Below, piece after piece: positions 43,110 through 52,396 of a DNA stretch of 64,000 nt (the first letter of the stretch is position 1; every line of letters begins with the position of its first letter). The notes beneath the pieces are model-generated. The model saw nothing but the letters and a program-made list of their open reading frames with translations, had not been told where the DNA came from and ran no database searches. The DNA is from an uncultured Methylobacterium sp. (lineage in GTDB: Bacteria; Pseudomonadota; Alphaproteobacteria; Rhizobiales; Beijerinckiaceae), in assembly GCA_964571245.1 (NCBI GenBank), contig CAZNAT010000008.1:7008-71007 (forward strand), written 5' to 3'. A program made the position numbers and the translations under genes.

Positions 43110-43835
43110 TTACTGCGCCGATTCGGTCGCGATCAGGCGCCAGTTCGGATCGCGCGAGGAAACATCCCGCGAGAAGGTCCAGATATCGACGACATCAATG
43201 ACTTTTTCGGGGCTCCCCTCGATCACCGCACCGCCCGAATCCCGCGTGGCGGTAATCAGCTTGGAGACGAAACGCACCGTTACCTGGGCGTTGCGCCCCC
43301 GGAGAAGCGCATCGGAAATCTCGGCCTTGTCGATCGAAACGAACTGCGTCTCGACCTTCTCGCCGCGCTTTTCACGATCGCCGATCGCCGAATCGAAGCC
43401 TTCGTACACGTCCTTCGACAGGAGATCCTTGAGGGTGCGCCGGTCGCCGTTGGCGAAAGCCAGAACGATCATCTCGTAGGCACCACGGGCACCGCCGATA
43501 AACCCGGCCGGATCAAAGCTCTGGTCGTCCTTGATAATCGCCATGAGGCCATTGTAGGCAGGGGAATCCTTGGCAGCGATGCCCGCAAGCACGGCCTCGG
43601 GCTCGACAACCGCCGGCGGCGTGACATCGCGGCGGGCATTGGGCAGCGGCACGAAATTGCTGGCGCCATTGGCCGCCGGCGCCTCACCAGCCTGATCGGC
43701 GGGCGGGCGACGGTCGAAAAGATCTTGCGGCGGGCGCTCCGTGCCGGTGCGGGTTCCGAGAACCGATCGCAGCTTGTAGATCACGAAAATCGCGAGGCCG
43801 AGGAAGACAAGCGTGAGAATGTCAAAGTTCTGCAT
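43110..43835 (-). CDS. Tim44-like domain membrane protein
   Basis: Start set at MQNFDILTLVFLGLAIFVIYKL (ATG 43835). N-terminal TM helix plus a C-terminal Tim44-like fold (WTFSRDVSSRDPNWRLIAT). Confidence 0.8.
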   Translation of the reverse strand: MQNFDILTLVFLGLAIFVIYKLRSVLGTRTGTERPPQDLFDRRPPADQAGEAPAANGASNFVPLPNARRDVTPPAVVEPEAVLAGIAAKDSPAYNGLMAIIKDDQSFDPAGFIGGARGAYEMIVLAFANGDRRTLKDLLSKDVYEGFDSAIGDREKRGEKVETQFVSIDKAEISDALLRGRNAQVTVRFVSKLITATRDSGGAVIEGSPEKVIDVVDIWTFSRDVSSRDPNWRLIATESAQ

Positions 43836-44032
43836 ATCAAAGTCCCGGCGCAAGCCTTGGCGCCACAATCCTGGCGGTTGAAGCGGAACCGTTCCGCACC
43901 CATCCATATAGGGCCTGTTCGAAACCTTCGCTATCCTTTAGATGGCGTGTTTCGGCATGAAGTCGCAGTTTCCTGTCTGAAATTGCGAAAACCGCGTTTG
44001 GATTCAAACCTCGAAAAACGGCGAAAGCACGA

Positions 44033-44530
44033 ATGCCTGCAGCTTTTTCAATCAGGGGGCGATGGCTCCGGGCCGGCACGATCCTGCTCGGCGGCTGGCT
44101 GGTGCTCGAGATTGCCCTCATCCAGCTCGTTGCCGCCCGGATCGGCTGGGGCGCCACCCTGGCATTTCTCAGCATCAAAGGCGGGATCGGCCTGTTTCTC
44201 ATCGGTTTTCTGACGATCCGCGGCTTTTCCCAGCTAAAACCAGGTGCCGGCTTTCTGACCGGACGAGGGAGTTTTCAGGCCTTCTTCGGCGTGGCGAGCG
44301 GCATTCTCATCACCCTGCCCGGGCTTATTCCGCCGTTGCTCGGCGTTGCCTTGTTCGCGCCAAGCCTGCAGAACGCGATTCTGAAGCGTCTTTTCGGCGC
44401 GATAGAGACCAGTTCGCCGCGCGAGATCGACCTTGATGCCGGCGAATGGCAGGAGGTCAGACGCAGAAAGCCTGCCACAAAGCCCCGTCCTCGCAAACCA
44501 TCGCTTGAGGCCGGGCCGCCATCGGTGTAA
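44033..44530 (+). CDS. fxsA: FxsA-family membrane protein
   Basis: 165 aa with FxsA-like N-terminal helices (LVLEIALIQLVAARIGWGATL...). Confidence 0.8.
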   Translation: MPAAFSIRGRWLRAGTILLGGWLVLEIALIQLVAARIGWGATLAFLSIKGGIGLFLIGFLTIRGFSQLKPGAGFLTGRGSFQAFFGVASGILITLPGLIPPLLGVALFAPSLQNAILKRLFGAIETSSPREIDLDAGEWQEVRRRKPATKPRPRKPSLEAGPPSV

Positions 44531-44609
44531 GCGGTGCCTCGCAAATCTGGTGCCGGGAAGCCGGCTCCCTGGCGGCGCGCCCACATCCGGGCCGCCCTAA
44601 TGACAGGAA

Positions 44610-45080
44610 ATGGACATGGCCGAAGGCAATGGCGGCGCGCCGCAACTCGAAGCACTCGCGCAGTACGTGAAGGACCTCTCCTTCGAAAATCCCAATGCGC
44701 CGCGCTCGCTCGGCCCGCAGGAAACTCCGCCGAACATCTCGATCCAGGTGAACGTGAACGCCAAGCCGATGATGGCCGGCGAATACGAGATCGAACTCAT
44801 TCTTGAGGGCAAGGCCGGCGAGGGCGAGGGCCTGCTGTTCAATTTCGAGCTGAACTTCGCCGGCGTTTTCCGCCTCGCCAATATTCCCGAGAACCATGTC
44901 CATCAGGTCTTGATGATCGAATGCCCGCGGCTGATGTTCCCGTTCGCCCGTTCGGTGCTGGCCAATGCTGTCCGCGATGGCGGCTTCCCGCCGTTCCTGC
45001 TGCAGCCGATCGATTTCGCGCAGCTCTATCAGGCGCGGATGAACGAGCTTGGCCAGCAGGGCGCCCCGATGAACAGCTAG
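44610..45080 (+). CDS. secB: Protein-export chaperone SecB
   Basis: 156 aa. YVKDLSFENPNAP...LMIECPRLMFPFARSVLANAVRDGGFPP, typical SecB. Confidence 0.95.
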   Translation: MDMAEGNGGAPQLEALAQYVKDLSFENPNAPRSLGPQETPPNISIQVNVNAKPMMAGEYEIELILEGKAGEGEGLLFNFELNFAGVFRLANIPENHVHQVLMIECPRLMFPFARSVLANAVRDGGFPPFLLQPIDFAQLYQARMNELGQQGAPMNS

Positions 45081-45185
45081 AACCCGGCTGAGGGCTGAAC
45101 CGGGGCATCACACTGCCAGAGGGCGGCGCGATGCCTGAAGCGGATTTTCGCGTTCAGCCTTCCGGGGTCTTAAACTTCCGAGGTC

Positions 45186-45890
45186 TTAGACTTCCGAGGC
45201 CTTCAAATAGGTATTCCACAGCGCCTTCTCGCCCATTTCAGCGATGAAGGCGCGATGTTCCGCGATTTCTTCCGGGGTGATCTGCGGGATTTCCGGCACA
45301 AGCCGCGCAACCGTTCTGGCGGGCGCCGGAGTATCCGAGCCCGCTTCGGTGCCAAAACTGCCAAGCCCAAGGCTCGATTGCTTGCCGCCGGTCAGCTCGG
45401 CATAGACTTCCGCCAGAATTTCCGCGTCGAGCAGCGCGCCGTGCTTGGTCCGGCGCGAATTGTTGATGCCGTAGCGCGCGCAGAGCGCGTCGAGCGAGTT
45501 CTGCTGCCCCGGATGCTTCCGCCGCGCCAAGGTCAGGGTATCGATGACCCGGCCTTGCGCGATCGGGCCCTTGCCGAGGCGCTTCAGCTCGTGATTGAGA
45601 AACCCCATATCGAACGACGCGTTATGCGCGACCAGCACATCCTCGCCGATGAATTCGATGAATTCTTCCGCAATCGCGGCGAAAACCGGTTTGTCGGCCA
45701 GAAAAGCATCGGAAAGCCCGTGGACGGCGAAAGCCTCCAGCGCCATCGGCCGCTCGGGATTGAGATAACGATGAAAAACCCGCCCGGTCAGGAAGCGGTT
45801 GACGAGCTCAACGCAGCCGATTTCGACCAGGCGGTCCCCGCGGGCGGGATCAAGGCCGGTGGTTTCGGTATCGAGGACAATTTCACGCAT
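45186..45890 (-). CDS. dnaQ: DNA polymerase III epsilon subunit (3'-5' exonuclease)
   Basis: MREIVLDTETTGLDP Exo I motif, HNASFDMGFL, and HGALLDAEILAEVY Exo III. Confidence 0.95.
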   Translation of the reverse strand: MREIVLDTETTGLDPARGDRLVEIGCVELVNRFLTGRVFHRYLNPERPMALEAFAVHGLSDAFLADKPVFAAIAEEFIEFIGEDVLVAHNASFDMGFLNHELKRLGKGPIAQGRVIDTLTLARRKHPGQQNSLDALCARYGINNSRRTKHGALLDAEILAEVYAELTGGKQSSLGLGSFGTEAGSDTPAPARTVARLVPEIPQITPEEIAEHRAFIAEMGEKALWNTYLKASEV

Positions 45891-45906
45891 CGCGGCCAGT
45901 CAGGAT

Positions 45907-46497
45907 CTAGGCAAGCACGGGCGCAAGCGCCCGCAGGAGGTGGCGGATTTCCAAGCGCGCCGCTTCAAGGCCCGCTCCGGTATCCAGTATCGCATGCGCG
46001 CGCCGGCATTTCTCGTCCATCGGCATTTGCCGCGCGAGAATGGCGTGGAAAAGCGCTTCATCCATGCCCGGCCGTGCCAGAACGCGGCGGCGTTGCTCCT
46101 CCGGCCCGACGCGGGTGACGAGGATGGCGTCGCAGCGATTTTCGGCTCCGGTTTCGAACAGCAGCGGGATATCGAGCACGATCAGCCGGGCGCCGTGTTG
46201 CTTTGCGGCGGCGATAGCGTCGCGTTCCACGGCATGGACCAGCGGGTGAACGATGCGTTCAAGCGCTGCGAACCGTTCGGGGTTGCCGGAAACCACCGCC
46301 CCCAGTGCCTTGCGATCGACGCGGCCATCCTTGACGGTGCCGGGAAACTCGGCCTCGATCAGCGGCGCGGCCGCCCCGGAATACAGCCGATGCACCGCCG
46401 CATCCGCGTCATGAACGGGAACGCCAAGCGATCGGAACAGCCCGGCGGTCGTTGATTTTCCGGTTCCGATCGATCCGGTCAGCCCGAGGCGGAACAT
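45907..46497 (-). CDS. coaE: Dephospho-CoA kinase
   Basis: LGLTGSIGTGKST P-loop and family similarity. Confidence 0.93.
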   Translation of the reverse strand: MFRLGLTGSIGTGKSTTAGLFRSLGVPVHDADAAVHRLYSGAAAPLIEAEFPGTVKDGRVDRKALGAVVSGNPERFAALERIVHPLVHAVERDAIAAAKQHGARLIVLDIPLLFETGAENRCDAILVTRVGPEEQRRRVLARPGMDEALFHAILARQMPMDEKCRRAHAILDTGAGLEAARLEIRHLLRALAPVLA

Positions 46498-46500
46498 CGA

Positions 46501-47361
46501 TCACCCCGCCTTGGCGGTAAGATCGGCGACGAGATGCGCCCGCAAGGCCGGCGTAACCGCGGGCTTGACCCCGAACCAGCGCGCAAAGCCCGGCACCGCC
46601 TGATGCAGGAGCATGCCGAGCCCGTCGAGGGTTCTCAGGCTGCGCGCCGCCGCTGCTGCCAGCAACGGGGTTTCGAGCGGGACATAGACGATATCGGCGA
46701 CAATCGCTTGGGCAGGCAGGGGATCGAGGTCGATCTCGAGCGGCGGCTGCCCGGCCATGCCAAGGCTGGTCGTGTTGATCACAAGGTCGGTGGCAGCCAG
46801 CGCGGCCTCCCTGTCGTCCCAGCGCAGGGCTTCGAGCCGCGCATCGGGAATGAAGGCCCGGATATCCCGGATCAACGCTTCCGTCCGCTCCGACGAGCGA
46901 TTGCAGAGGAGAATGCTGTGGGGATTGCGGGCCAGAAGCGGCATGATCAGGCCGCGCGCTGCGCCTCCGGCCCCAAGGATCAGAATGCGCGGATGGTTCG
47001 CGTCCCAGCCCGGATAGGTCTGATCGAGATGCGCGACGAAGCCGAGGCCATCGGTATTGTCGCCGACCAACGCGCCGTCCTCGAACCAGAAGGTATTGAC
47101 GGCGCCGGCGATACGCGCGGCCTCGGTTCGCCGGTCGCAGGCCGAAAACGCCTCTTCCTTATGCGGAACCGTGACATTGCCGCCGGAAAACCCGCGCGCC
47201 GGCAGGGCCTTCAGGAACGCCCCGACCTGCCCCGGCAGCACATCGGCGCGCTCGTAGGTTCCGGCCAATCCATGCTCGGAAAGCCAGAATGCATGCACAA
47301 GCGGCGACCTCGCGTGCTTGACGGGATGGCCGATGATCAGCGCTTGCCGGGGTTTGTGCAT
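46501..47361 (-). CDS. aroE: Shikimate dehydrogenase
   Basis: Start set at MHKPRQALIIGHPVKHARSPLVH (ATG 47361). The NVTVPHKE motif is present. Confidence 0.92.
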   Translation of the reverse strand: MHKPRQALIIGHPVKHARSPLVHAFWLSEHGLAGTYERADVLPGQVGAFLKALPARGFSGGNVTVPHKEEAFSACDRRTEAARIAGAVNTFWFEDGALVGDNTDGLGFVAHLDQTYPGWDANHPRILILGAGGAARGLIMPLLARNPHSILLCNRSSERTEALIRDIRAFIPDARLEALRWDDREAALAATDLVINTTSLGMAGQPPLEIDLDPLPAQAIVADIVYVPLETPLLAAAAARSLRTLDGLGMLLHQAVPGFARWFGVKPAVTPALRAHLVADLTAKAG

Positions 47362-47434
47362 AGCAGATTTCCGTTTCGAGCTTGGAGCTTTAAAGCCCAG
47401 CCCGGGGCGCCCCGCAAGCGAATTGGCTCGGCAC

Positions 47435-48061
47435 CTAGCGCGCCAGGCACCGGAGATCGCGCAGGCCATGCATCAGCGGCAACAGGGGAAGCCCGAGAAT
47501 TGTGGCGTGATCGCCTTCGATCGTCTCGAAAAGGTGCAGCCCGAGGGCTTCGAGCTGATACCCGCCGACGGTCTCGCAGGCAGTATCGCCCATCGCATCG
47601 AGATAGGCGTCGAGAAACGTTTCCGTAAAATTCCGCATCCTGAGCGAAGCAGAGGTGACGCCTGCCCAGAGGACAGTGCTGCCTTCCCGGAGCACCGCGG
47701 CGGAATGAAGCTGGTGCGTTTCACCGCGCAGCCGCATCAACTGGCGCCTGACGTGGTCGCGGTCCCCCGGTTTCATGAAGAGAGCACCATTGTGATCGAG
47801 GGTCTGGTCCGCCGCCAGAATGATGCGGCCCGGCATCTTTTGCGCCGCCGCTTCGGCTTTCGCCTGCGCCAGGGCCAGCGCGATGGCCTTTGGCGCATCG
47901 CGCTGTTCGAGCAGGGTTGCCGCGATCGAAGCCTCGTCGATCGGCGCTTTGAGGATGTCGAGCGGGATACCGACGGCTTCAAGGAGCGCCCGCCGCGCTG
48001 CACTGCCGGAGGCCAGCACCAACGGCTGTTCCTTCAGCCAGAACAAACCCTGCGGCGTCAT
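47435..48061 (-). CDS. maf: Maf-like nucleoside triphosphate pyrophosphatase
   Basis: Start at ATG 48061 in an ATGA overlap with the upstream stop. [14 protein letters not shown] and Maf similarity. Confidence 0.9.
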   Translation of the reverse strand: MTPQGLFWLKEQPLVLASGSAARRALLEAVGIPLDILKAPIDEASIAATLLEQRDAPKAIALALAQAKAEAAAQKMPGRIILAADQTLDHNGALFMKPGDRDHVRRQLMRLRGETHQLHSAAVLREGSTVLWAGVTSASLRMRNFTETFLDAYLDAMGDTACETVGGYQLEALGLHLFETIEGDHATILGLPLLPLMHGLRDLRCLAR

Positions 48062-48891
48062 TGCGCGACCAGCCCCAGGCGATGGGTGCGATAGAGATCG
48101 ATGATCGCCGCCGCGGTCTCCTCGATCGAGCGGCGGGTGACGTCGATCACTGGCCAATTGTGGCGATCGAAAAGCCGTCGGGCCTGCGCGATTTCCTCCG
48201 TGACCGACTGACGGTCGATGTAGGTGGAATCCTTGTCGTCGGCGTTGAGCGCCAACAGCCGGTTCTGCCGGATCTGGACGATGCGTTCGGGGGAGGCAAC
48301 CAGCCCGATCACCAGAGGTTTAACGAGCTGGTCGATATTCGGCGGCAAAGGCACATGCGGCACGAGCGGGACATTGGCGGTCTTGATGCCGCGATTGGCG
48401 AGATAGATGCTGGTGGGGGTCTTCGAGGTTCGGCTGACACCGACCAGAACGACATCGGCCTGATCTAGATTTTCGGTCATCTGGCCGTCATCATGCATCA
48501 TCGTGAAGTTGAGCGCGTCGATCCGCCGGAAATATTCGGCGTTGAGAACGTGCTGCGCCCCGGCCTTCGGCGTGGTCGCAACCCCAAGATAGGAGGAAAA
48601 CAGATTATGGACCGGCTCGAGTACGGAAAGGCTCGGGCAGCTCTGCTCCTCGCATCCGGTCCGCAACCGTTCGGCCAGCGACTGATCGACCATCGTGTAG
48701 AGCACGATTCCCGGTTCGTTTTCGATCTCGGTGAGGACACGTTCAAGCTGCCGGTCGGTTCGCACCAGCGGGTAGACGTGCTCGATCGGGGAAATTCCCG
48801 CGTAGAGCGCGGTTGCCGCCCGGGCAACAGTGATCAGGGTCTCGCCGGTCGAATCCGACACCAGATGCAGGTGGAAAAAATTACGGCCCAT
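48058..48891 (-). CDS. Pyruvate,phosphate/water dikinase regulatory protein (DUF299, PSRP family)
   Basis: 277 aa. [14 protein letters not shown] and [16 protein letters not shown]-loop typical of the PSRP family. Confidence 0.9.
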   Translation of the reverse strand: MGRNFFHLHLVSDSTGETLITVARAATALYAGISPIEHVYPLVRTDRQLERVLTEIENEPGIVLYTMVDQSLAERLRTGCEEQSCPSLSVLEPVHNLFSSYLGVATTPKAGAQHVLNAEYFRRIDALNFTMMHDDGQMTENLDQADVVLVGVSRTSKTPTSIYLANRGIKTANVPLVPHVPLPPNIDQLVKPLVIGLVASPERIVQIRQNRLLALNADDKDSTYIDRQSVTEEIAQARRLFDRHNWPVIDVTRRSIEETAAAIIDLYRTHRLGLVAQ

Positions 48892-49054
48892 GGTTTTTCG
48901 TTCCGGCTGATGCCAAGCAGAGTGGGGCGAGGCCGCGTGGTTAGCCGGCCTCCAGGGTTTTCAACCGACTTGTGCACAGGCCGCTTGTCAAGGTTCGGAT
49001 AGCGGGGAGAACCCGGCTGTTTTTCGATTTTGCGCCGCAAAGGTCTTGCGGGGC

Positions 49055-49063
49055 TGTGGATAG
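49055..49063 (-). promoter_or_regulatory. DnaA box, one mismatch (TGTGGATAG = CTATCCACA)
   Basis: 8/9 match to TTATCCACA on the - strand. Same orientation as the perfect box. Confidence 0.45.
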
Positions 49064-49159
49064 CCCGCGAATTTTTCCCCATGCGAACCTGCGGGATTGG
49101 TGTATTGCGAGATCCGGGAATAATGGGGAGCTGGTGCTTTTCTTATCCTGGAAAGAATG

Positions 49160-49193
49160 AAAAACCATTATAAAACAATTAGATAAAAACGAA
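49160..49193. promoter_or_regulatory. AT-rich A-tract repeats, candidate DNA-unwinding element
   Basis: Three consecutive units, AAAAACCATTA / TAAAACAATTA / GATAAAAACGAA, followed by TTTTTGAATC. GANTC at 49199-49203. Confidence 0.45.
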
Positions 49194-49243
49194 TTTTTGA
49201 ATCGGTTAGCGCTGCGTGGTCTCGCCGGATTTATGTTGGTGCT

Positions 49244-49252
49244 TGTGGATAA
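49244..49252 (-). promoter_or_regulatory. DnaA box, perfect (TGTGGATAA = TTATCCACA)
   Basis: Exact 9-mer consensus read directly in the sequence. Confidence 0.6.
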
Positions 49253-49340
49253 GCAGTGAATTTCGCAATAAGGCTGCCTAAGAGAAATAACAGAGAAAAA
49301 GAATCTTCTTTTCTCTTTAAGTCCCGAGGCGTGCAATTCC

Positions 49341-50360
49341 GTGAAGCCCTTCCTTGAACCCTTTCACTCGGCAGTTCCGCTTCGGCCACCGATCTGGCTC
49401 ATGCGTCAGGCCGGCCGCTATCTGCCGGAATACCGCGCCTTGCGAACGACTGCGCGGAGCTTTCTTGATTTTTGCTATACGCCCGAGCTGGCGATCGAGG
49501 CGACACTCCAGCCGATCCGGCGCTTTGATTTTGATGCCGCGATCATCTTTTCGGATATTCTGGTCATTCCGGATGCGCTCGGACAAGGCGTTCGCTTTGT
49601 CGAAGGCGAAGGCCCCCGGCTTGATGCGATCGAGAATCGCGCGGGACTGGCCGCTCTTGCTGGAACGCTCGATCTTGGGAAGCTGGAACCGGTCTACGCC
49701 GCCTTGCGCGGGGTAAAAGCTCTGTTGCCCGCCAAGACCACGCTGATCGGCTTCTGCGGCGCTCCCTGGACGCTGGCGACCTATATGATCGGTGGACGTG
49801 GTTCGCCGGACCAAGCGGCGGCAAGGTCTTTCGCCTATTGCGACCCTCAGGCGTTTTCGGGGCTGATTGATCGGCTGGTCGACGCCTGCATTCTCCACCT
49901 CACCCTTCAGATCGCGGCGGGTGCGGAGGTTGTCCAGATCTTTGACAGTTGGGCCGGTAATCTTCCCGAGGCGGAATTCCGGCTCTGGAGCGAGGCGCCG
50001 ATCCGCCGTATTATCCACGGTGTCAAAGCGCGGTACCCGGATGTGCCGGTGATCGCCTTTCCGCGCGGGATTGCTGGCGGATTCTCCCGATTCGCAAGCG
50101 AAACAAGCGCGGATGCCATCGGGCTGGATACCGCGACGTTTCTGTCGGAAGCACGCCAGGCGATCCCGGCAGGCGTTGTTACGCAAGGCAATCTCGATCC
50201 TCTGGTGCTGATCGCGGGGGGAGACCGGCTCGACCGCGCGATCGATTCGATTCTGGAACAAACCCACGGTACCCGGCACGTGTTCAATCTCGGGCATGGG
50301 ATTCTCCCGCCAACGCCGATCGCGCATGTCGAGAGGCTCATCAAGAAGGTGCGGGGGTGA
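49341..50360 (+). CDS. hemE: Uroporphyrinogen decarboxylase
   Basis: 339 aa. PIWLMRQAGRYLPEYR motif and full-length similarity. GTG start. Confidence 0.95.
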   Translation: MKPFLEPFHSAVPLRPPIWLMRQAGRYLPEYRALRTTARSFLDFCYTPELAIEATLQPIRRFDFDAAIIFSDILVIPDALGQGVRFVEGEGPRLDAIENRAGLAALAGTLDLGKLEPVYAALRGVKALLPAKTTLIGFCGAPWTLATYMIGGRGSPDQAAARSFAYCDPQAFSGLIDRLVDACILHLTLQIAAGAEVVQIFDSWAGNLPEAEFRLWSEAPIRRIIHGVKARYPDVPVIAFPRGIAGGFSRFASETSADAIGLDTATFLSEARQAIPAGVVTQGNLDPLVLIAGGDRLDRAIDSILEQTHGTRHVFNLGHGILPPTPIAHVERLIKKVRG

Positions 50361-50782
50361 TCGAGCTCTGGATCAAGGCGCTTCACGTCATCGCCGTCAT
50401 CTCGTGGATGGCGGGGCTGCTCTATTTGCCGCGGCTGTTTGTCTATCATTCCGTCGAGCCGGTCGGCTCGGAGACTTCGGAGCGCTTCAAGATCATGGAG
50501 CATCGGTTGCTCCGCTTCATCATGCGGCCGGCGATGATCGTCGCCTGGCTGTCCGGACTGTGGCTGGCCTGGTCGAGTTTCGGGTTTCGCGGTGGCTGGC
50601 TCCACACCAAGCTGGCTCTTGTGGTGCTGATGAGCGTTCACCACGCGTTTCAAGCCCGGTGGCTCCGGCATTTTCAGGCCGATGAACGCCGGTATCGGCA
50701 GCGCTTCTACCGGTTTCAGAATGAAGTGCCGACGCTTCTGATGATCGCCATTGTCGTCCTTGTGATCGTCAAACCCTTCTGA
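50357..50782 (+). CDS. hemJ: Protoporphyrinogen IX oxidase HemJ (UPF0093)
   Basis: 141 aa. LWIKALHVIAVISWMAGLLYLPRLFVYH, four TM helices. GTGA overlap with hemE. Confidence 0.85.
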   Translation: MIELWIKALHVIAVISWMAGLLYLPRLFVYHSVEPVGSETSERFKIMEHRLLRFIMRPAMIVAWLSGLWLAWSSFGFRGGWLHTKLALVVLMSVHHAFQARWLRHFQADERRYRQRFYRFQNEVPTLLMIAIVVLVIVKPF

Positions 50783-51085
50783 AGCGATCCGATCCGAATA
50801 TCCTGGTTTGAATACCCTGGTTTGAACAACGCAGTCTGTTGCGCCCCGACATTGCTGGCCTCACCTCGCGCGCCGGGGGAATTCGCGGTCGCTCCCTTGT
50901 GAAGCTTGGGAAAACGCGCTAGAGGCTCGGCGGTGGCTTTCCCCCGATCTGCGGAGGGCTGCTCGTGCGCGCTATCCTGATCGATAGCATCGCCACCGAG
51001 ACGGGTTGCCCGGCCGGTATTTGCAAGCGTATTCCCTTCTCTTCCGTCCGGGCGCCAGCTCGGCCATACTCGCAAGGTATTCTTT

Positions 51086-52351
51086 ATGCCCGAGATCAAG
51101 CTCCACGACCTCAAGCGCAAGTCACCCACCGAATTGCTCAGCTTTGCCGAGACGTTGGAGGTCGAGGGCGCCAGCACCATGCGCAAGCAGGAGCTGATGT
51201 TTGCGATCCTGAAGCAGCTTGCCGCGAATGACACCGAAATCATCGGCGAGGGCGTCGTCGAAGTCCTGCAGGATGGGTTTGCGTTCCTGCGCTCGCCGGA
51301 TGCGAATTATCTCGCCGGCCCGGACGATATCTATATTTCCCCGATGCAGATCCGCCGGTTTTCGTTGCGGACCGGGGATACCGTCGAGGGGCAGATCCGA
51401 TCACCGCGCGAGGGCGAACGCTATTTCGCGCTGCTCAAGGTCAACACGATCAACTTCGAAGACCCGGAGAGGACCCGTCACAAGGTTCATTTCGATAACC
51501 TCACGCCGCTTTATCCCGATGAGCGGCTGAAGCTCGAGCATTCCGATCCCACCCGCAAGGATATGTCGTCGCGGGTGATCGACATCGTTTCGCCGATCGG
51601 CAAGGGCCAGCGCGCGCTGATCGTCGCGCCGCCGCGCACCGGCAAGACCGTGCTGCTGCAGAATATCGCGCAGTCGATCACCAGCAACCACCCGGAATGC
51701 TACCTCATCGTTCTCCTGATCGATGAGCGCCCGGAAGAGGTGACGGATATGCAGCGCTCGGTGCGCGGCGAGGTGGTGTCCTCGACCTTCGACGAACCGG
51801 CAACACGGCATGTTCAGGTCGCCGAGATGGTCATCGAGAAGGCCAAGCGCCTGGTCGAACACGGGCGGGACGTCGTTATTCTGCTCGATTCCATCACCCG
51901 CCTTGGTCGAGCCTACAACACGGTCGTGCCATCGTCGGGCAAGGTTCTGACCGGTGGTGTCGATGCCAACGCCCTGCAGCGCCCGAAGCGTTTCTTCGGT
52001 GCGGCCCGTAACATCGAGGAAGGCGGCTCGCTGACGATCATCGCGACCGCGCTGATCGATACCGGCAGCCGCATGGACGAGGTGATTTTCGAGGAGTTCA
52101 AGGGCACCGGCAATTCGGAAATCGTGCTCGATCGCAAGGTGGCGGACAAGCGGGTGTTCCCGGCGCTGGATATTCTCAAGTCTGGCACGCGCAAGGAGGA
52201 GCTCATCACCCCGCGTGACCAGTTGCAGAAAACCTACGTGCTGCGGCGCATTCTCAACCCGATGGGGCCGCAGGATGCGATCGAGTTCCTGCTCGACAAG
52301 CTTCGCCAGACCAAACAGAACAGCGAGTTCTTCGAATCGATGAACACCTGA
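51086..52351 (+). CDS. rho: Transcription termination factor Rho
   Basis: 421 aa. Rho N-terminal and CSD domains plus the ATPase core ([15 protein letters not shown]). Confidence 0.97.
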   Translation: MPEIKLHDLKRKSPTELLSFAETLEVEGASTMRKQELMFAILKQLAANDTEIIGEGVVEVLQDGFAFLRSPDANYLAGPDDIYISPMQIRRFSLRTGDTVEGQIRSPREGERYFALLKVNTINFEDPERTRHKVHFDNLTPLYPDERLKLEHSDPTRKDMSSRVIDIVSPIGKGQRALIVAPPRTGKTVLLQNIAQSITSNHPECYLIVLLIDERPEEVTDMQRSVRGEVVSSTFDEPATRHVQVAEMVIEKAKRLVEHGRDVVILLDSITRLGRAYNTVVPSSGKVLTGGVDANALQRPKRFFGAARNIEEGGSLTIIATALIDTGSRMDEVIFEEFKGTGNSEIVLDRKVADKRVFPALDILKSGTRKEELITPRDQLQKTYVLRRILNPMGPQDAIEFLLDKLRQTKQNSEFFESMNT

Positions 52352-52396
52352 TCCTGGCGTGGCCGCCGGGTGACTTGACTTCTGCCGGAGTGACCG

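Larger units (their letters stand above)
48892..49340. other. oriC: Chromosomal replication origin (oriC), hemE-linked alphaproteobacterial type
   Basis: 449-bp non-coding gap and the most AT-rich stretch of the window. Contains DnaA boxes, A-tract repeats and GANTC sites. Flanked by hemE and the maf-aroE-coaE-dnaQ block. Gene orientation switches here. Confidence 0.7.

Noticed and set aside
48058-48891. PSRP-family regulator next to the origin with no ppdK or ppsA in the window, considered as an orphan regulator.
   Set aside because: The partner kinase gene is commonly unlinked. Its absence from a 64-kb window is not informative.
48971-49001. Further DnaA-box-like 9-mers (TGTGCACAG, TTCGGATAG, and TTATCCTGG at 49143-49151), and a search for CtrA boxes in the origin gap.
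   Set aside because: Each has three mismatches to TTATCCACA, which is within chance expectation. No TTAA-N7-TTAA is present, only one TTAA in the whole gap, so I do not call CtrA sites.
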